From positions 103,410 to 167,409 of the forward strand of contig NZ_CANLGU010000006.1 in assembly GCF_947490405.1 (NCBI RefSeq): 64,000 nt of DNA, written 5' to 3'. The notes below the pieces were generated by a model that searched no databases, had not been told where the DNA came from, and was given only the letters and a program-made list of their open reading frames with translations. Both the position numbers and the translations under genes were made by a program. Below, piece by piece: positions 1-9,279 of this stretch (positions are counted from its first letter, which is position 1; each line of letters opens with the position of its first letter). Source of the stretch: an uncultured Algibacter sp. Its GTDB lineage: Bacteria; Bacteroidota; Bacteroidia; Flavobacteriales; Flavobacteriaceae.

Positions 1-1378
1 TAAAATAGGTATCAAATACTTTAGAGTTTAAGATTGCCGAAATTCCAACAGCTTCATTTTCTTGAAGCTCTCCTTCAAGTCTGTAGATGTAATTGAGCTT
101 ATTTTCTATTCCTATGTAATCAGTATCGTTAAATCTCGAAAAGTACGGTGAAGCAATCAATCTACTTTTATCATCTTTAGAACTAAATCGTCTTAAAAAC
201 ACATAGTTTTTATTGATAGTCAGCATTTTTTTTGAAACATCAGTTTTGTTTATGTACTGACTTTTATTAGCAATGAAATTTGGCCAATCGGCTTTCATTT
301 TGGTAACGTTATGTAACCAATATAAAGGTGCAAGGAATACGGTTGTGTTTTCATAAGCATCAAATAAAAATTCTCTTGAACGAAATGAAACTACTGGACC
401 TGTTGAAATCTGAATACCAAAGTCGATTAAATTGTTTTTCCAAGATTTGAATAATTGAATAACGTTTTCTTCATATTCTGTAGTTGGTAAATGAAGTATT
501 TTTGCTTTTGATTTTAAATCAATCAAATCACTAATATCAAAAGTCTTTTGCAATGGTTCTTGAATATCTTTTAAGCCTTCTGATGTTGAGATTATTACTT
601 CTGTAGAATTGTCTTTGTTTCCTTTTAAAATCAATGTTTCTTGCAAAACGCTATCTCTATCAAAAGTTTCACTTCGTGACTTGAAAAGATGAATAAAATT
701 TAGATTTATGTTATTGAAAAAGTAATCTCTAAATGAATTGAAATATTGACCAGAAGAGAAGCTTCTTGGTATGATATAAATTAATTCGCCATTCTTTTTT
801 AAGAGATTTACTGAAACAGCCAAAAAGAAAGAATAAATGTTAGGTTGCCCTTTTACTAAATTTTGTAAAAGCTTTACTCTTTTGTCGTCTTTTGCGAGTT
901 TAAAATATGGTGGGTTTGAAATTATATAATCAAAACTTTCAATGTGGTTTTCCATTGAATTTGCCATATCTTCTATAAAATCACTTGTCAGAAGTGTGTA
1001 ACTAAACTTTACACCTTTTTCTTTAGTCCATTTTTTCAAATGTTGTAAAGATTGTTCTGTATATGGAAAAAGTGTAATATCTGTTTCGTAAGCGACTAAT
1101 TGAATTGAATTAATTTCAAATTCAATAAGGTTTTCTACGAGTGCACAAGTCAAAATCGCAGTTCCACAACCTGGGTCAAGAATAGTAATGTTTTTAGATT
1201 TTGGTTCGCTTGCAATACTTCCCATAAAATTGGAAATTGCAGTTGGTGTAAAAAATTGACCTTTTCCTTTTTTATGTTCTTTAGAAACAGTAGAAGTGTA
1301 CTTAACTCCAAGTATATCAGCGTATTTACTTGGTAAAGTATCTGTGTTTTTTTCAATTTCTAAAGTCGTTTGCATCAT
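1..1378 (-). CDS. N6-adenine DNA methyltransferase (type II R-M, BsuBI/PstI/Eco57I-like), 3' end runs off window
   Basis: Hand translation from ATG at 1378: MMQTTLEIEK...KGQFFTP...ILDPGCGTAIL (motif I)...DIIISNPPY (motif IV)...NKLNYIY...ILNSKVFDTYF. No stop before base 1. Missing from the ORF track because it is open-ended. Confidence 0.88.
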   Translation of the reverse strand, partial: MMQTTLEIEKNTDTLPSKYADILGVKYTSTVSKEHKKGKGQFFTPTAISNFMGSIASEPKSKNITILDPGCGTAILTCALVENLIEFEINSIQLVAYETDITLFPYTEQSLQHLKKWTKEKGVKFSYTLLTSDFIEDMANSMENHIESFDYIISNPPYFKLAKDDKRVKLLQNLVKGQPNIYSFFLAVSVNLLKKNGELIYIIPRSFSSGQYFNSFRDYFFNNINLNFIHLFKSRSETFDRDSVLQETLILKGNKDNSTEVIISTSEGLKDIQEPLQKTFDISDLIDLKSKAKILHLPTTEYEENVIQLFKSWKNNLIDFGIQISTGPVVSFRSREFLFDAYENTTVFLAPLYWLHNVTKMKADWPNFIANKSQYINKTDVSKKMLTINKNYVFLRRFSSKDDKSRLIASPYFSRFNDTDYIGIENKLNYIYRLEGELQENEAVGISAILNSKVFDTYF

Positions 1379-1400
1379 TTCAAATTTACAAATTTAGTCG

Positions 1401-1487
1401 TGAGCGTTGGCAAAAAAACAGCTCTTTTATTTTTTAGCATTGGCAGAAGCGTTCGGCAAAAAATAAATGTGCTGTTTGAGCGTTGGC
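1401..1487. repeat. Short direct repeats TGAGCGTTGGC (x2) plus variant GCGTTCGGC in the methylase leader
   Basis: TGAGCGTTGGC at 1401-1411 and 1477-1487; GCGTTCGGCAAAAAA at 1449-1463. Confidence 0.7.
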
Positions 1488-1686
1488 TTTTCAGCACGAA
1501 CCTTAATGATAGCAGGGTTTTTTTGCATTACAGGTAATGCATAGATAAGTTTCCGTTTCAATACTGAAACAAGTTCAGCACTGGTGAAACTTATCGGTTG
1601 TTAAACGAAGGTAGTTGAATTTTTTTACAAATTCAAGTAATTGGCTTCAACCCTATTAGTAAATTTATAATGGAGTTTATAAGCCC

Positions 1687-1840
1687 GCGTTAAGGATAGA
1701 AACGGCATCCTTTTTTAAAATTTAACAAGCAATAATTTTTGGTTTAAAACTATAATTTAAAAGATTGCCACGTTGTGTACTCCTCGCAATTATGTTTAAA
1801 AAAGATATAGTGGATAGCCTGACCCCTTAGGGTAACGCCC
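1687..1840 (+). repeat. Dispersed repeat family A, copy 1 (expanded, with nested degenerate REP)
   Basis: Ends GCGTTAAGGATAG...GCCTGACCCCTTAGGGTAACGCCC match copies at 17710, 25590 and 63467. The interior carries AGATTGCCACG...CTCCTCGCAAT (1762-1790). Confidence 0.8.
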
Positions 1841-1905
1841 AAAGTTTTAAAAACAAAAAAGCCCAACTTAGTAGTTGAGCTTTTTAAAATTATATTTTAA
1901 GATTA

Positions 1906-2745
1906 CTAGTTATTACCAGCAGCTAAGTTTTTCATTTCTTTTTCAATCATGTCGTAAAACTGATCGATTTTTGGAAGCACAACAATACGTGTACGTCTGT
2001 TTTTTGCTCTGTTTTCAGCAGTATCATTATCAACTAAAGGTACAAACTCTGCACGACCTGCAGCTATAAGTTGTTTTGGGTTTACACCAAGCTCTTGTAA
2101 TACTCTGATGATAGATGTAGAACGTTTTACACTTAAATCCCAGTTATCTATTAACGGCTCTTTGCTGTATGGTACATTATCTGTATGCCCTTCAACCATA
2201 GCTTCAAAATCTGGTTTACTGTTTACTACTTTAGCAACCTTAGCTAAAACCTCTTTAGCTCTTGTGGTTACATTGTAGCTTCCGCTTTTAAATAATAACT
2301 TATCAGCTATCGAGATAAAAACAACACCTTTTTCAACATTAACTTCAATGTCTGGGTCGTTAATACCAACTTCGCGTTTTAAGCTTGTTACTAAAGCTAA
2401 TGTTACACTGTCTTTTTGAGTAAGTGCATCTTGTAAACGTGTTATTTTAAGTTCTTTTTCTTTAATGCTTTCTAATGTTTTTTCAACATTACTAGCGCCT
2501 TTGGCAGATAACACAGTTAGGTTGTCATTACTTTTACGTAAATCTGCTACTTGCTCTTCTAAAGCTGTGGCTCTTGCAGATGCAGAAGCTCTATCTTCTA
2601 AACAGGCATTTAATTTTACCGTTGCAGAGTTAAGTAAATCTTGAGTTTCTTTTTGTTTTGCTTGAAGGTCTGTGTATAATTTTTTAGACACACATGAACT
2701 TAAAAACAACATGGCAGATACACTAAGTAATAGAATTTTTTTCAT
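1906..2745 (-). CDS. OmpA/MotB-family lipoprotein
   Basis: Lipobox LSSC, coiled coil, C-terminal VEGHTD...NWDLSVKRS...NRRTRI peptidoglycan-binding domain. Confidence 0.9.
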   Translation of the reverse strand: MKKILLLSVSAMLFLSSCVSKKLYTDLQAKQKETQDLLNSATVKLNACLEDRASASARATALEEQVADLRKSNDNLTVLSAKGASNVEKTLESIKEKELKITRLQDALTQKDSVTLALVTSLKREVGINDPDIEVNVEKGVVFISIADKLLFKSGSYNVTTRAKEVLAKVAKVVNSKPDFEAMVEGHTDNVPYSKEPLIDNWDLSVKRSTSIIRVLQELGVNPKQLIAAGRAEFVPLVDNDTAENRAKNRRTRIVVLPKIDQFYDMIEKEMKNLAAGNN

Positions 2746-2841
2746 GATTATTATTAAGGATTAATTTTTTCTAAAATACTAGCACAAAAGTATATAAAAA
2801 TCAGTGTTTTTAAACATTTTAACAAAACTTTTACTAACGAG

Positions 2842-3831
2842 TTATAAACTTTTGTAATTCGTTTTTTTATTTACGAAATAATCGAACACGATAGATGCTC
2901 TTTGATAGTACTTAATTTTGCTTTTTAAGACCTTTCTTTGGTTTAATAGCCTGTTTAAATGCGAATAATAACTAAAATGTGCTTTTAAGATTGCTAAAGT
3001 GTGCTTAGGTTTAAATTCTAGTAGAAATTTTAAAGCAGCAATACCATCTAAAATAAGACGTATAAATACTTTTCCTAAAATAAACCCATTTGCGTTTTTA
3101 GTAAGTGTAAAGAGGCTATTTCTAAAATTTAAGAATGTTTTTTTGGGGTTTGTGTTTTTTAATGTAGCACCGCCAACATGATAGACTGTTGATGCACCTA
3201 CATATTTTATATGGTAGCCATTGTTTTTTGCACGCCAACACAAATCTATTTCTTCCATGTGTGCAAAAAAGGATTCATCAAAACCATTTAGTGCTCTAAA
3301 TAATTTTGCTCTAATAAATAAACAAGCACCCGAAGCCCAAAAGATTTCTGAGGTATCGTTGTATTGCCCTTGGTCTTTTTCTAAAGTGTTAAAAATTCGC
3401 CCTCTACAATACGGATATGCATATTTATCAATAAATCCGCCTGCGGCTCCTGCATATTCAAAATACATTTTGTTGTGGTAATCTAATATTTTGGGTTGAA
3501 TAATAGCGGTACTGTCTTGGGTTTTAAAAGTTTTAATAACGGGTGTTAACCAATTAGGAGTCACTTCTACATCGCTATTTAAAAGACAAAATACATCGGC
3601 TTCAATATTTTTTAACGCATCATTATAGCCTTTTGCATAACCGCCATTTTCTTTGTTTTGAACAATAGTAATTGTAGGAAATGTGGTTTTTATGTAATTC
3701 ACAGAGTCATCAGTGGAGGCATTATCTGCCACATAAATTGCTGCTTCTTTTGAGTGTTCAATAACAAAAGGTAAAAACTGTTCGAGTAGTTTTTTTCCAT
3801 TCCAGTTTAATATGACGATGGCTACTTTCAT
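2842..3831 (-). CDS. Glycosyltransferase family 2
   Basis: VILNWNG, DNASTD, LLNSD, EEIDLCWR, HVGGAT motifs. Confidence 0.92.
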   Translation of the reverse strand: MKVAIVILNWNGKKLLEQFLPFVIEHSKEAAIYVADNASTDDSVNYIKTTFPTITIVQNKENGGYAKGYNDALKNIEADVFCLLNSDVEVTPNWLTPVIKTFKTQDSTAIIQPKILDYHNKMYFEYAGAAGGFIDKYAYPYCRGRIFNTLEKDQGQYNDTSEIFWASGACLFIRAKLFRALNGFDESFFAHMEEIDLCWRAKNNGYHIKYVGASTVYHVGGATLKNTNPKKTFLNFRNSLFTLTKNANGFILGKVFIRLILDGIAALKFLLEFKPKHTLAILKAHFSYYSHLNRLLNQRKVLKSKIKYYQRASIVFDYFVNKKTNYKSL

Positions 3832-4274
3832 TTAATATATTCTGGAATATCTTTTAAAAATTGATAGCGTTCATTCTCAAAATCCATTTGGCAATAATAA
3901 TGATTTAATCCATTGGTTACCATAAGAAAAGCAGCATTTAACTCTAAATTATAACGCGCTATTTGATCGAATGTATTTTGATTAATACGTATTTTTGGCG
4001 CCTTACATTCTACGATGATATGAATACTACCATCTGAATTAAATACTACAATATCGTAGCGTTTTTTTAAACTATTTATAGTCAACTCTTTTTCAACATT
4101 AATTAAAGATTCTGGATAGCCCTTTTCTTGAATTAAGAATTGAACACAATGCTGACGCACCCATTCTTCTGGTTGTAAAACCACAAATTTTTTGCGAATA
4201 CTATCGAAAATAGAAACTTTATTTTCGTTATTTTTGAATCGAAATGTGTATGTTGGAAAATTCAAATGCTGCAC
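3828..4274 (-). CDS. Stand-alone type I restriction HsdR N-terminal-like (PD-(D/E)xK) protein
   Basis: PEEWVRQ, RYDIVV...IVECKAP, QIARYN motifs; 4-nt overlap with the GT2 gene. Confidence 0.8.
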   Translation of the reverse strand: MQHLNFPTYTFRFKNNENKVSIFDSIRKKFVVLQPEEWVRQHCVQFLIQEKGYPESLINVEKELTINSLKKRYDIVVFNSDGSIHIIVECKAPKIRINQNTFDQIARYNLELNAAFLMVTNGLNHYYCQMDFENERYQFLKDIPEYIK

Positions 4275-4335
4275 TTCACAAATTTATCATTATAATATCA
4301 CATCAAGTGATTTTGAAAGAAATTTTTATTCTGAT

Positions 4336-5340
4336 TTGGACGACGTCAAACAATTAGTTACCGACATTAAAAATAAAAACCTGAAACCTATCTATTTTTT
4401 GATGGGCGAGGAGCCTTACTATATTGATAAAATTTCCGATTTTATTGAAGCAACGGTATTAAATGAAGAAGAGCGTGGTTTTAATCAAATGATATTATAT
4501 GGCAGAGATGTATCAGTAGAGGATGTAGTTGGTAATGCCAAAAGATTTCCTATGATGGCTGAACACCAAGTGGTTATTGTTAAGGAAGCTCAAGATTTAT
4601 CGCGAACCATTGAAAAGCTTGCTAGTTACGCTGATAATCCACAAACATCTACAGTTTTAGTAATAAATTATAAGTACAAAAAAATAGATAAGCGTAAGGC
4701 TTTGTATAAAGCACTAAAGAAAACAGGTGTTGTTTATGAAAGCAAAAAGCTTTATGAAAATCAAGTTGCCGATTGGATTCGTAGAATATTATCTCCAAAA
4801 AAATATACGATATCGCCAAAAGCCGCTCAAATGCTAGTTGAGTTTTTAGGCACAGATTTGAGTAAAATAAATAACGAGCTAGAAAAACTTCAAATTATTT
4901 TACCCGAGGGTACTCAAATATCACCAGATCATATTGAAGAAAATATAGGTATTAGTAAAGACTATAATAATTTTGAGTTACGAAAAGCAATTGGAGAACG
5001 CAATACGGTTAAAGCTTATAAAATTGTTAATTATTTTGCTGATAATCCAAAAGATAACCCAATGGTTGTTACGGTATCGCTTCTGTTTAACTTCTTTTCG
5101 CAATTACTTCATTTTCATGGATTAAAGGATAAGTCGCCTAGAAGTGTTGCTTCTGCTTTAAGAATTAACCCGTATTTTGTTAATGAATATATTAGTGCTG
5201 CTAGAAACTTTCCAATGCGAAAAGTAAGTGCTGTGGTTTCAACACTTAGAGAATTTGATGTAAAGAGTAAAGGTGTTGGCTCAAATGCTGTTCCTCAAGG
5301 TGATTTACTTAAAGAGTTGTTAGTACGAATATTTAATTAG
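4336..5340 (+). CDS. holA: DNA polymerase III subunit delta
   Basis: KPIYFLMGEEPYYID, AKRFPMMAEHQVVIVKEAQ. Probable TTG start at 4336; the ORF-track start 4192 overlaps the opposite gene. Confidence 0.92.
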   Translation: MDDVKQLVTDIKNKNLKPIYFLMGEEPYYIDKISDFIEATVLNEEERGFNQMILYGRDVSVEDVVGNAKRFPMMAEHQVVIVKEAQDLSRTIEKLASYADNPQTSTVLVINYKYKKIDKRKALYKALKKTGVVYESKKLYENQVADWIRRILSPKKYTISPKAAQMLVEFLGTDLSKINNELEKLQIILPEGTQISPDHIEENIGISKDYNNFELRKAIGERNTVKAYKIVNYFADNPKDNPMVVTVSLLFNFFSQLLHFHGLKDKSPRSVASALRINPYFVNEYISAARNFPMRKVSAVVSTLREFDVKSKGVGSNAVPQGDLLKELLVRIFN

Positions 5341-5349
5341 AAATATTAT

Positions 5350-6015
5350 ATGGATGTTAATATTCATGAAAGCTGGAAGCCATATTTGGAAGAAGAATTC
5401 AATAAGCCTTATTTTTCAGATTTAGCAAAGTTTGTAAAGTCTGAATATAAAAGCCATGAATGTTTTCCCCCAGGAAATCAAATATTCAATGCTTTTAATC
5501 ATTGTCATTTTAATGACTGTAGAGTAGTTATTATAGGTCAAGATCCTTATCACGGACCAAAACAAGCCAATGGTTTATGTTTTTCAGTAAATAATGGTGT
5601 GTCTCATCCGCCTTCTCTTATTAATATTTTTAAAGAAATTGAAACAGATTTAGGTATTCCATATCCAAAAAGTGGAAACTTATTACGTTGGGCAGATCAA
5701 GGCGTATTATTACTAAATGCAACTCTTACAGTTAGAGCGCATCAAGCTGGAAGCCACCAAAAAAGAGGATGGGAGGTTTTTACCGATGCCGTTATTAAAA
5801 CAATCAGCAATAGAAAGGAAAATGTTGTATTTCTATTGTGGGGAGGTTATGCTAAGAAGAAAGTAAAGTTAATTGATGAGAGCAAGCACAAGGTATTTAC
5901 TTCGGGGCATCCTTCACCATTAAGTGCTAATAGAGGTTATTGGTTTGGTAATATGGCGTTTAGTAAAACCAATGAATGGTTGAAAAGCCAAGGACAGAAA
6001 TCAATAAACTGGTAA
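5350..6015 (+). CDS. ung: Uracil-DNA glycosylase
   Basis: GQDPYH, HPPSL, GVLLLNATLTV, HPSPLS motifs. Confidence 0.97.
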   Translation: MDVNIHESWKPYLEEEFNKPYFSDLAKFVKSEYKSHECFPPGNQIFNAFNHCHFNDCRVVIIGQDPYHGPKQANGLCFSVNNGVSHPPSLINIFKEIETDLGIPYPKSGNLLRWADQGVLLLNATLTVRAHQAGSHQKRGWEVFTDAVIKTISNRKENVVFLLWGGYAKKKVKLIDESKHKVFTSGHPSPLSANRGYWFGNMAFSKTNEWLKSQGQKSINW

Positions 6016-6019
6016 TTGC

Positions 6020-6106
6020 TTACCGATTCTTATTCCTGATACTTACGTGTAAAAGAAAAAATAGTGCAAAAGTTATTGACGCAACTAAAAAAGCTAGATA
6101 AAGCAT
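6020..6106 (-). CDS. Possible 28-aa membrane micropeptide
   Basis: MLYLAFLVASITFALFFLLHVSIRNKNR*: hydrophobic helix plus basic tail; very short. Confidence 0.25.
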   Translation of the reverse strand: MLYLAFLVASITFALFFLLHVSIRNKNR

Positions 6107-6173
6107 ATTAAACAATATTTATTTTGAATCTATATGTAAGACACAAAATAATAGTGAAGTCACTTTAATTTAT

Positions 6174-6350
6174 TTAACTACCAGTAGGCGCTAATGTTTG
6201 CGATGCAGTTGGCATTGTAATACGTGTTCTTAAAACAACAGGTTTTTTATCAATTTTTGACGACTTAACCGTTTTATTACAACTAAATTTTAGCAGAAGT
6301 AAATTGATAATTATAAGTCCAGAAAGAATTAGAGTAATTGTTAATAACAT
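6174..6350 (-). CDS. Small membrane protein (58 aa), not in ORF track
   Basis: MLLTITLILSGLIIINLLLLKFSCNKT...LAPTGS*: N-terminal TM helix and clean ORF. Confidence 0.6.
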   Translation of the reverse strand: MLLTITLILSGLIIINLLLLKFSCNKTVKSSKIDKKPVVLRTRITMPTASQTLAPTGS

Positions 6351-6671
6351 AGGCGATTGGGATTAAAAGTTCGACAAAATACATTTTTATTCGATAAAAA
6401 ACAAATTTTTATCAATAACATGTTAATATCTGGTTTTATTATTACAAAATTAGTAAATATTATATTACATACAATACGTACTTATACCTATTTTGTATTT
6501 TTGTGGTATCTTCAATTTGATACTTAAAAAATAGTTAAAGCATAAATATCCACTATCTTTTTTATGTGTTTTTTAATCAAAAAAAGTGATTTTTGATATT
6601 TATATGATTAGAATGGTTTTATTTTGCTTAAAAAGTTTTGATATGAAACCGTTTGTTTAATGAAATAGATA

Positions 6672-6679
6672 TATTTTTG
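6672..6679 (+). promoter_or_regulatory. Bacteroidota -7 promoter element upstream of menB
   Basis: TATTTTTG matches TAnnTTTG; TTTG at 6652-6655 is a candidate -33 element. Confidence 0.55.
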
Positions 6680-6695
6680 AATAAAAAGAACTAGT

Positions 6696-7535
6696 ATGAA
6701 TCAACCTGAATGGGTCGTTGTTAAAGAATACACAGACATTACTTATAAAAAGAGTAATGGAGTTGCAAGAATAGCATTTAATAGGCCTAATGTTAGAAAT
6801 GCATTTCGTCCTCAAACTACGAGTGAACTATATGATGCATTTTATGATGCAAATGAAGATGTTAATATTGGAGTAGTATTATTATCTGCTGAAGGACCAT
6901 CGACTAAAGATGGCATCTATTCATTTTGTAGCGGAGGTGATCAAAAAGCAAGAGGTCATCAAGGTTATGTAGGAGAAGATGGTTATCATCGTTTAAACAT
7001 TTTAGAAGTCCAAAGATTAATTCGTTTTATGCCTAAAGCTGTAATTGCTGTGGTTCCAGGTTGGGCCGTTGGTGGTGGACATAGTTTACATGTTGTTTGC
7101 GATTTAACACTAGCTAGTAAAGAACATGCTATTTTTAAGCAAACTGATGCAGACGTTACAAGTTTTGATGGAGGCTATGGTTCTGCTTATTTAGCAAAAA
7201 TGGTGGGGCAAAAAAAAGCTAGAGAAATATTTTTCTTAGGTAGAAATTATTCTGCACAAGAAGCTTACGAGATGGGGATGGTTAATGCTGTAATTCCTCA
7301 TGAAGCATTAGAAAGTACTGCTTACGAATGGGCACAAGAAATATTAGCTAAATCGCCAACGTCTATAAAAATGTTGAAATTTGCAATGAATTTGACAGAC
7401 GATGGTATGGTAGGGCAACAAGTATTTGCTGGTGAAGCCACGCGTTTGGCTTATATGACCGATGAAGCAAAAGAAGGTAGAGATGCCTTTTTAGAAAAGC
7501 GTAAACCTAATTTTGATAAAAAATGGATTCCATGA
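6696..7535 (+). CDS. menB: 1,4-dihydroxy-2-naphthoyl-CoA synthase
   Basis: Crotonase fold FCSGGDQ, AVGGGHSLHVVCDLT, SFDGGYG. Confidence 0.96.
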   Translation: MNQPEWVVVKEYTDITYKKSNGVARIAFNRPNVRNAFRPQTTSELYDAFYDANEDVNIGVVLLSAEGPSTKDGIYSFCSGGDQKARGHQGYVGEDGYHRLNILEVQRLIRFMPKAVIAVVPGWAVGGGHSLHVVCDLTLASKEHAIFKQTDADVTSFDGGYGSAYLAKMVGQKKAREIFFLGRNYSAQEAYEMGMVNAVIPHEALESTAYEWAQEILAKSPTSIKMLKFAMNLTDDGMVGQQVFAGEATRLAYMTDEAKEGRDAFLEKRKPNFDKKWIP

Positions 7536-8443
7536 TGCAGAGTATAAATATTTGGATATCTGCAATGCGTTTAAGAACCTTGCCTTTATCAATTGCGGGT
7601 GTGGTTTTGGCGTCTTGTTTTGCCTATTATAATAGTGCTTTTTCATGGGAAATTTTTTCTTTAGCTATTTTAACTACAGTTAGTTTTCAAATTCTTTCTA
7701 ATCTTGCTAATGATTATGGAGATGGACTAAAGGGTACTGATAATAATGAGCGTATAGGTCCAGAACGAGCTCTTCAATCTGGAAAAATATCATCAGAAGA
7801 GTTACTTAATGGTATTAAATTGAATATAGTAATATCAATTGGTCTGGCTATAACACTAATTCACTCTGCATTTGGAGTAAAGCATTTTTATTTTACTTTG
7901 TTCTTCTTTGTCTTAGGAATTGGTGCTATAATTGCAGCTATTCGTTATACTATGGGAACCAATGCCTATGGCTATAAAGGGTTAGGGGATGTTTTTGTTT
8001 TCGTTTTTTTTGGATTTGTTAGCGTTATTGGTTCTTACGTTTTATATACTAAAAAGCTTGACCATGTTACTTTTTTACCAGCTTTTACAATAGGTCTCTT
8101 AAGTACAGCAGTGCTTAACTTAAACAATATGAGAGATAGGTTAACTGATGAAAAATCTCGTAAATTTACTTTAGCTGTTAAATTAGGTGAGGCAAAAGTA
8201 AAAATCTACCATAACATGCTGGTAGTAGGAGCTATCGTGTTTTCTGGACTCTTTGGATTGCTATATTTTACTTCAATATATAATTTAATTTTTTGTGTTA
8301 CTTACATCCCTCTACTTCTTCACTTAAAAAGAGTCAACAAAATAACGGATCCTAAATTATTTGATCCTGAACTAAAGAAACTAGCTTTAACAACAGTTTT
8401 AATAGCTACATTAATGGGAATTGGACATTTACTACCATTTTAG
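7532..8443 (+). CDS. menA: DHNA octaprenyltransferase
   Basis: RLRTLPL, NLANDYGD, NNMRD; multi-TM UbiA family; ATGA overlap with menB. Confidence 0.93.
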   Translation: MMQSINIWISAMRLRTLPLSIAGVVLASCFAYYNSAFSWEIFSLAILTTVSFQILSNLANDYGDGLKGTDNNERIGPERALQSGKISSEELLNGIKLNIVISIGLAITLIHSAFGVKHFYFTLFFFVLGIGAIIAAIRYTMGTNAYGYKGLGDVFVFVFFGFVSVIGSYVLYTKKLDHVTFLPAFTIGLLSTAVLNLNNMRDRLTDEKSRKFTLAVKLGEAKVKIYHNMLVVGAIVFSGLFGLLYFTSIYNLIFCVTYIPLLLHLKRVNKITDPKLFDPELKKLALTTVLIATLMGIGHLLPF

Positions 8444-8480
8444 TAAATTTACTTAATAACATATTTTACCTTAATAACAG

Positions 8481-9164
8481 ATGCAAATTACATTCTACGG
8501 TCATGCGAGTCTTGGTATTCAAATAGATAATATCAATATAATAGTAGATCCATTTATAACAGGAAATCCTAAAGCTTCTGAAATCGATATAAATACTTTA
8601 GCAGCAGATTATATAATGGTTACACATGCACATCAAGATCATATATTGGATGTTGAGAGTATAGCCAAAAGAACAGGAGCAAAGATAATCTCTAACTTCG
8701 AAATTGTTTCGTATTATGAAAAGTTAGGTATTGCAGGTCATCCTATGAATCATGGTGGTCAGTGGAATTTTGATTTTGGCAACGTACGATATGTGAATGC
8801 TATACATACATCCTCTTTCCCAGATGGTAGTTATGGAGGGCAACCAGGAGGGTTTGTTATAAAAACAAAACGTAAAGCGATATATATTGCTGGTGATACG
8901 GCTTTAACATATGATATGAAATTAATTCCGAAAGCCTATAAATACGATTTAGACTTAGCAATTTTACCTATAGGTGATAACTTTACAATGGGAGTTAATG
9001 ATGCTATGATAGCATCAGATTTTTTAAAATGTGATAATATACTTGGTTATCATTATGATACCTTTGGCTATATAGAAATTGACTCAGTTAATGCAAAAGC
9101 AAAATTTGATGCAGAGTTAAAATCGCTTACCTTACTGAAAATTGGCCAATCTATAGAGATTTAA
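8481..9164 (+). CDS. Metal-dependent hydrolase (MBL fold, UPF0173-like)
   Basis: THAHQDH, AIHTS, AGDT, PIGDNFTMG, HYDTF. Confidence 0.88.
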   Translation: MQITFYGHASLGIQIDNINIIVDPFITGNPKASEIDINTLAADYIMVTHAHQDHILDVESIAKRTGAKIISNFEIVSYYEKLGIAGHPMNHGGQWNFDFGNVRYVNAIHTSSFPDGSYGGQPGGFVIKTKRKAIYIAGDTALTYDMKLIPKAYKYDLDLAILPIGDNFTMGVNDAMIASDFLKCDNILGYHYDTFGYIEIDSVNAKAKFDAELKSLTLLKIGQSIEI

Positions 9165-9279
9165 TGATTTAAATCCTTTATTTAATTTATCTATTTCTTT
9201 ATAAAGAAAAGAAATAGAGACTAATTTATTCTAAGATTTAATAGTATTACTTTTACAATAGAGATTAAAACAATTAAAA

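Noticed and set aside
1150-1356. 68-aa minus-strand ORF in the track
   Set aside because: Out-of-frame shadow inside the methyltransferase CDS.
4192-4335. Long N-terminal extension of holA
   Set aside because: Overlaps the opposite-strand HsdR-N gene; the recognisable protein begins at TTG 4336.
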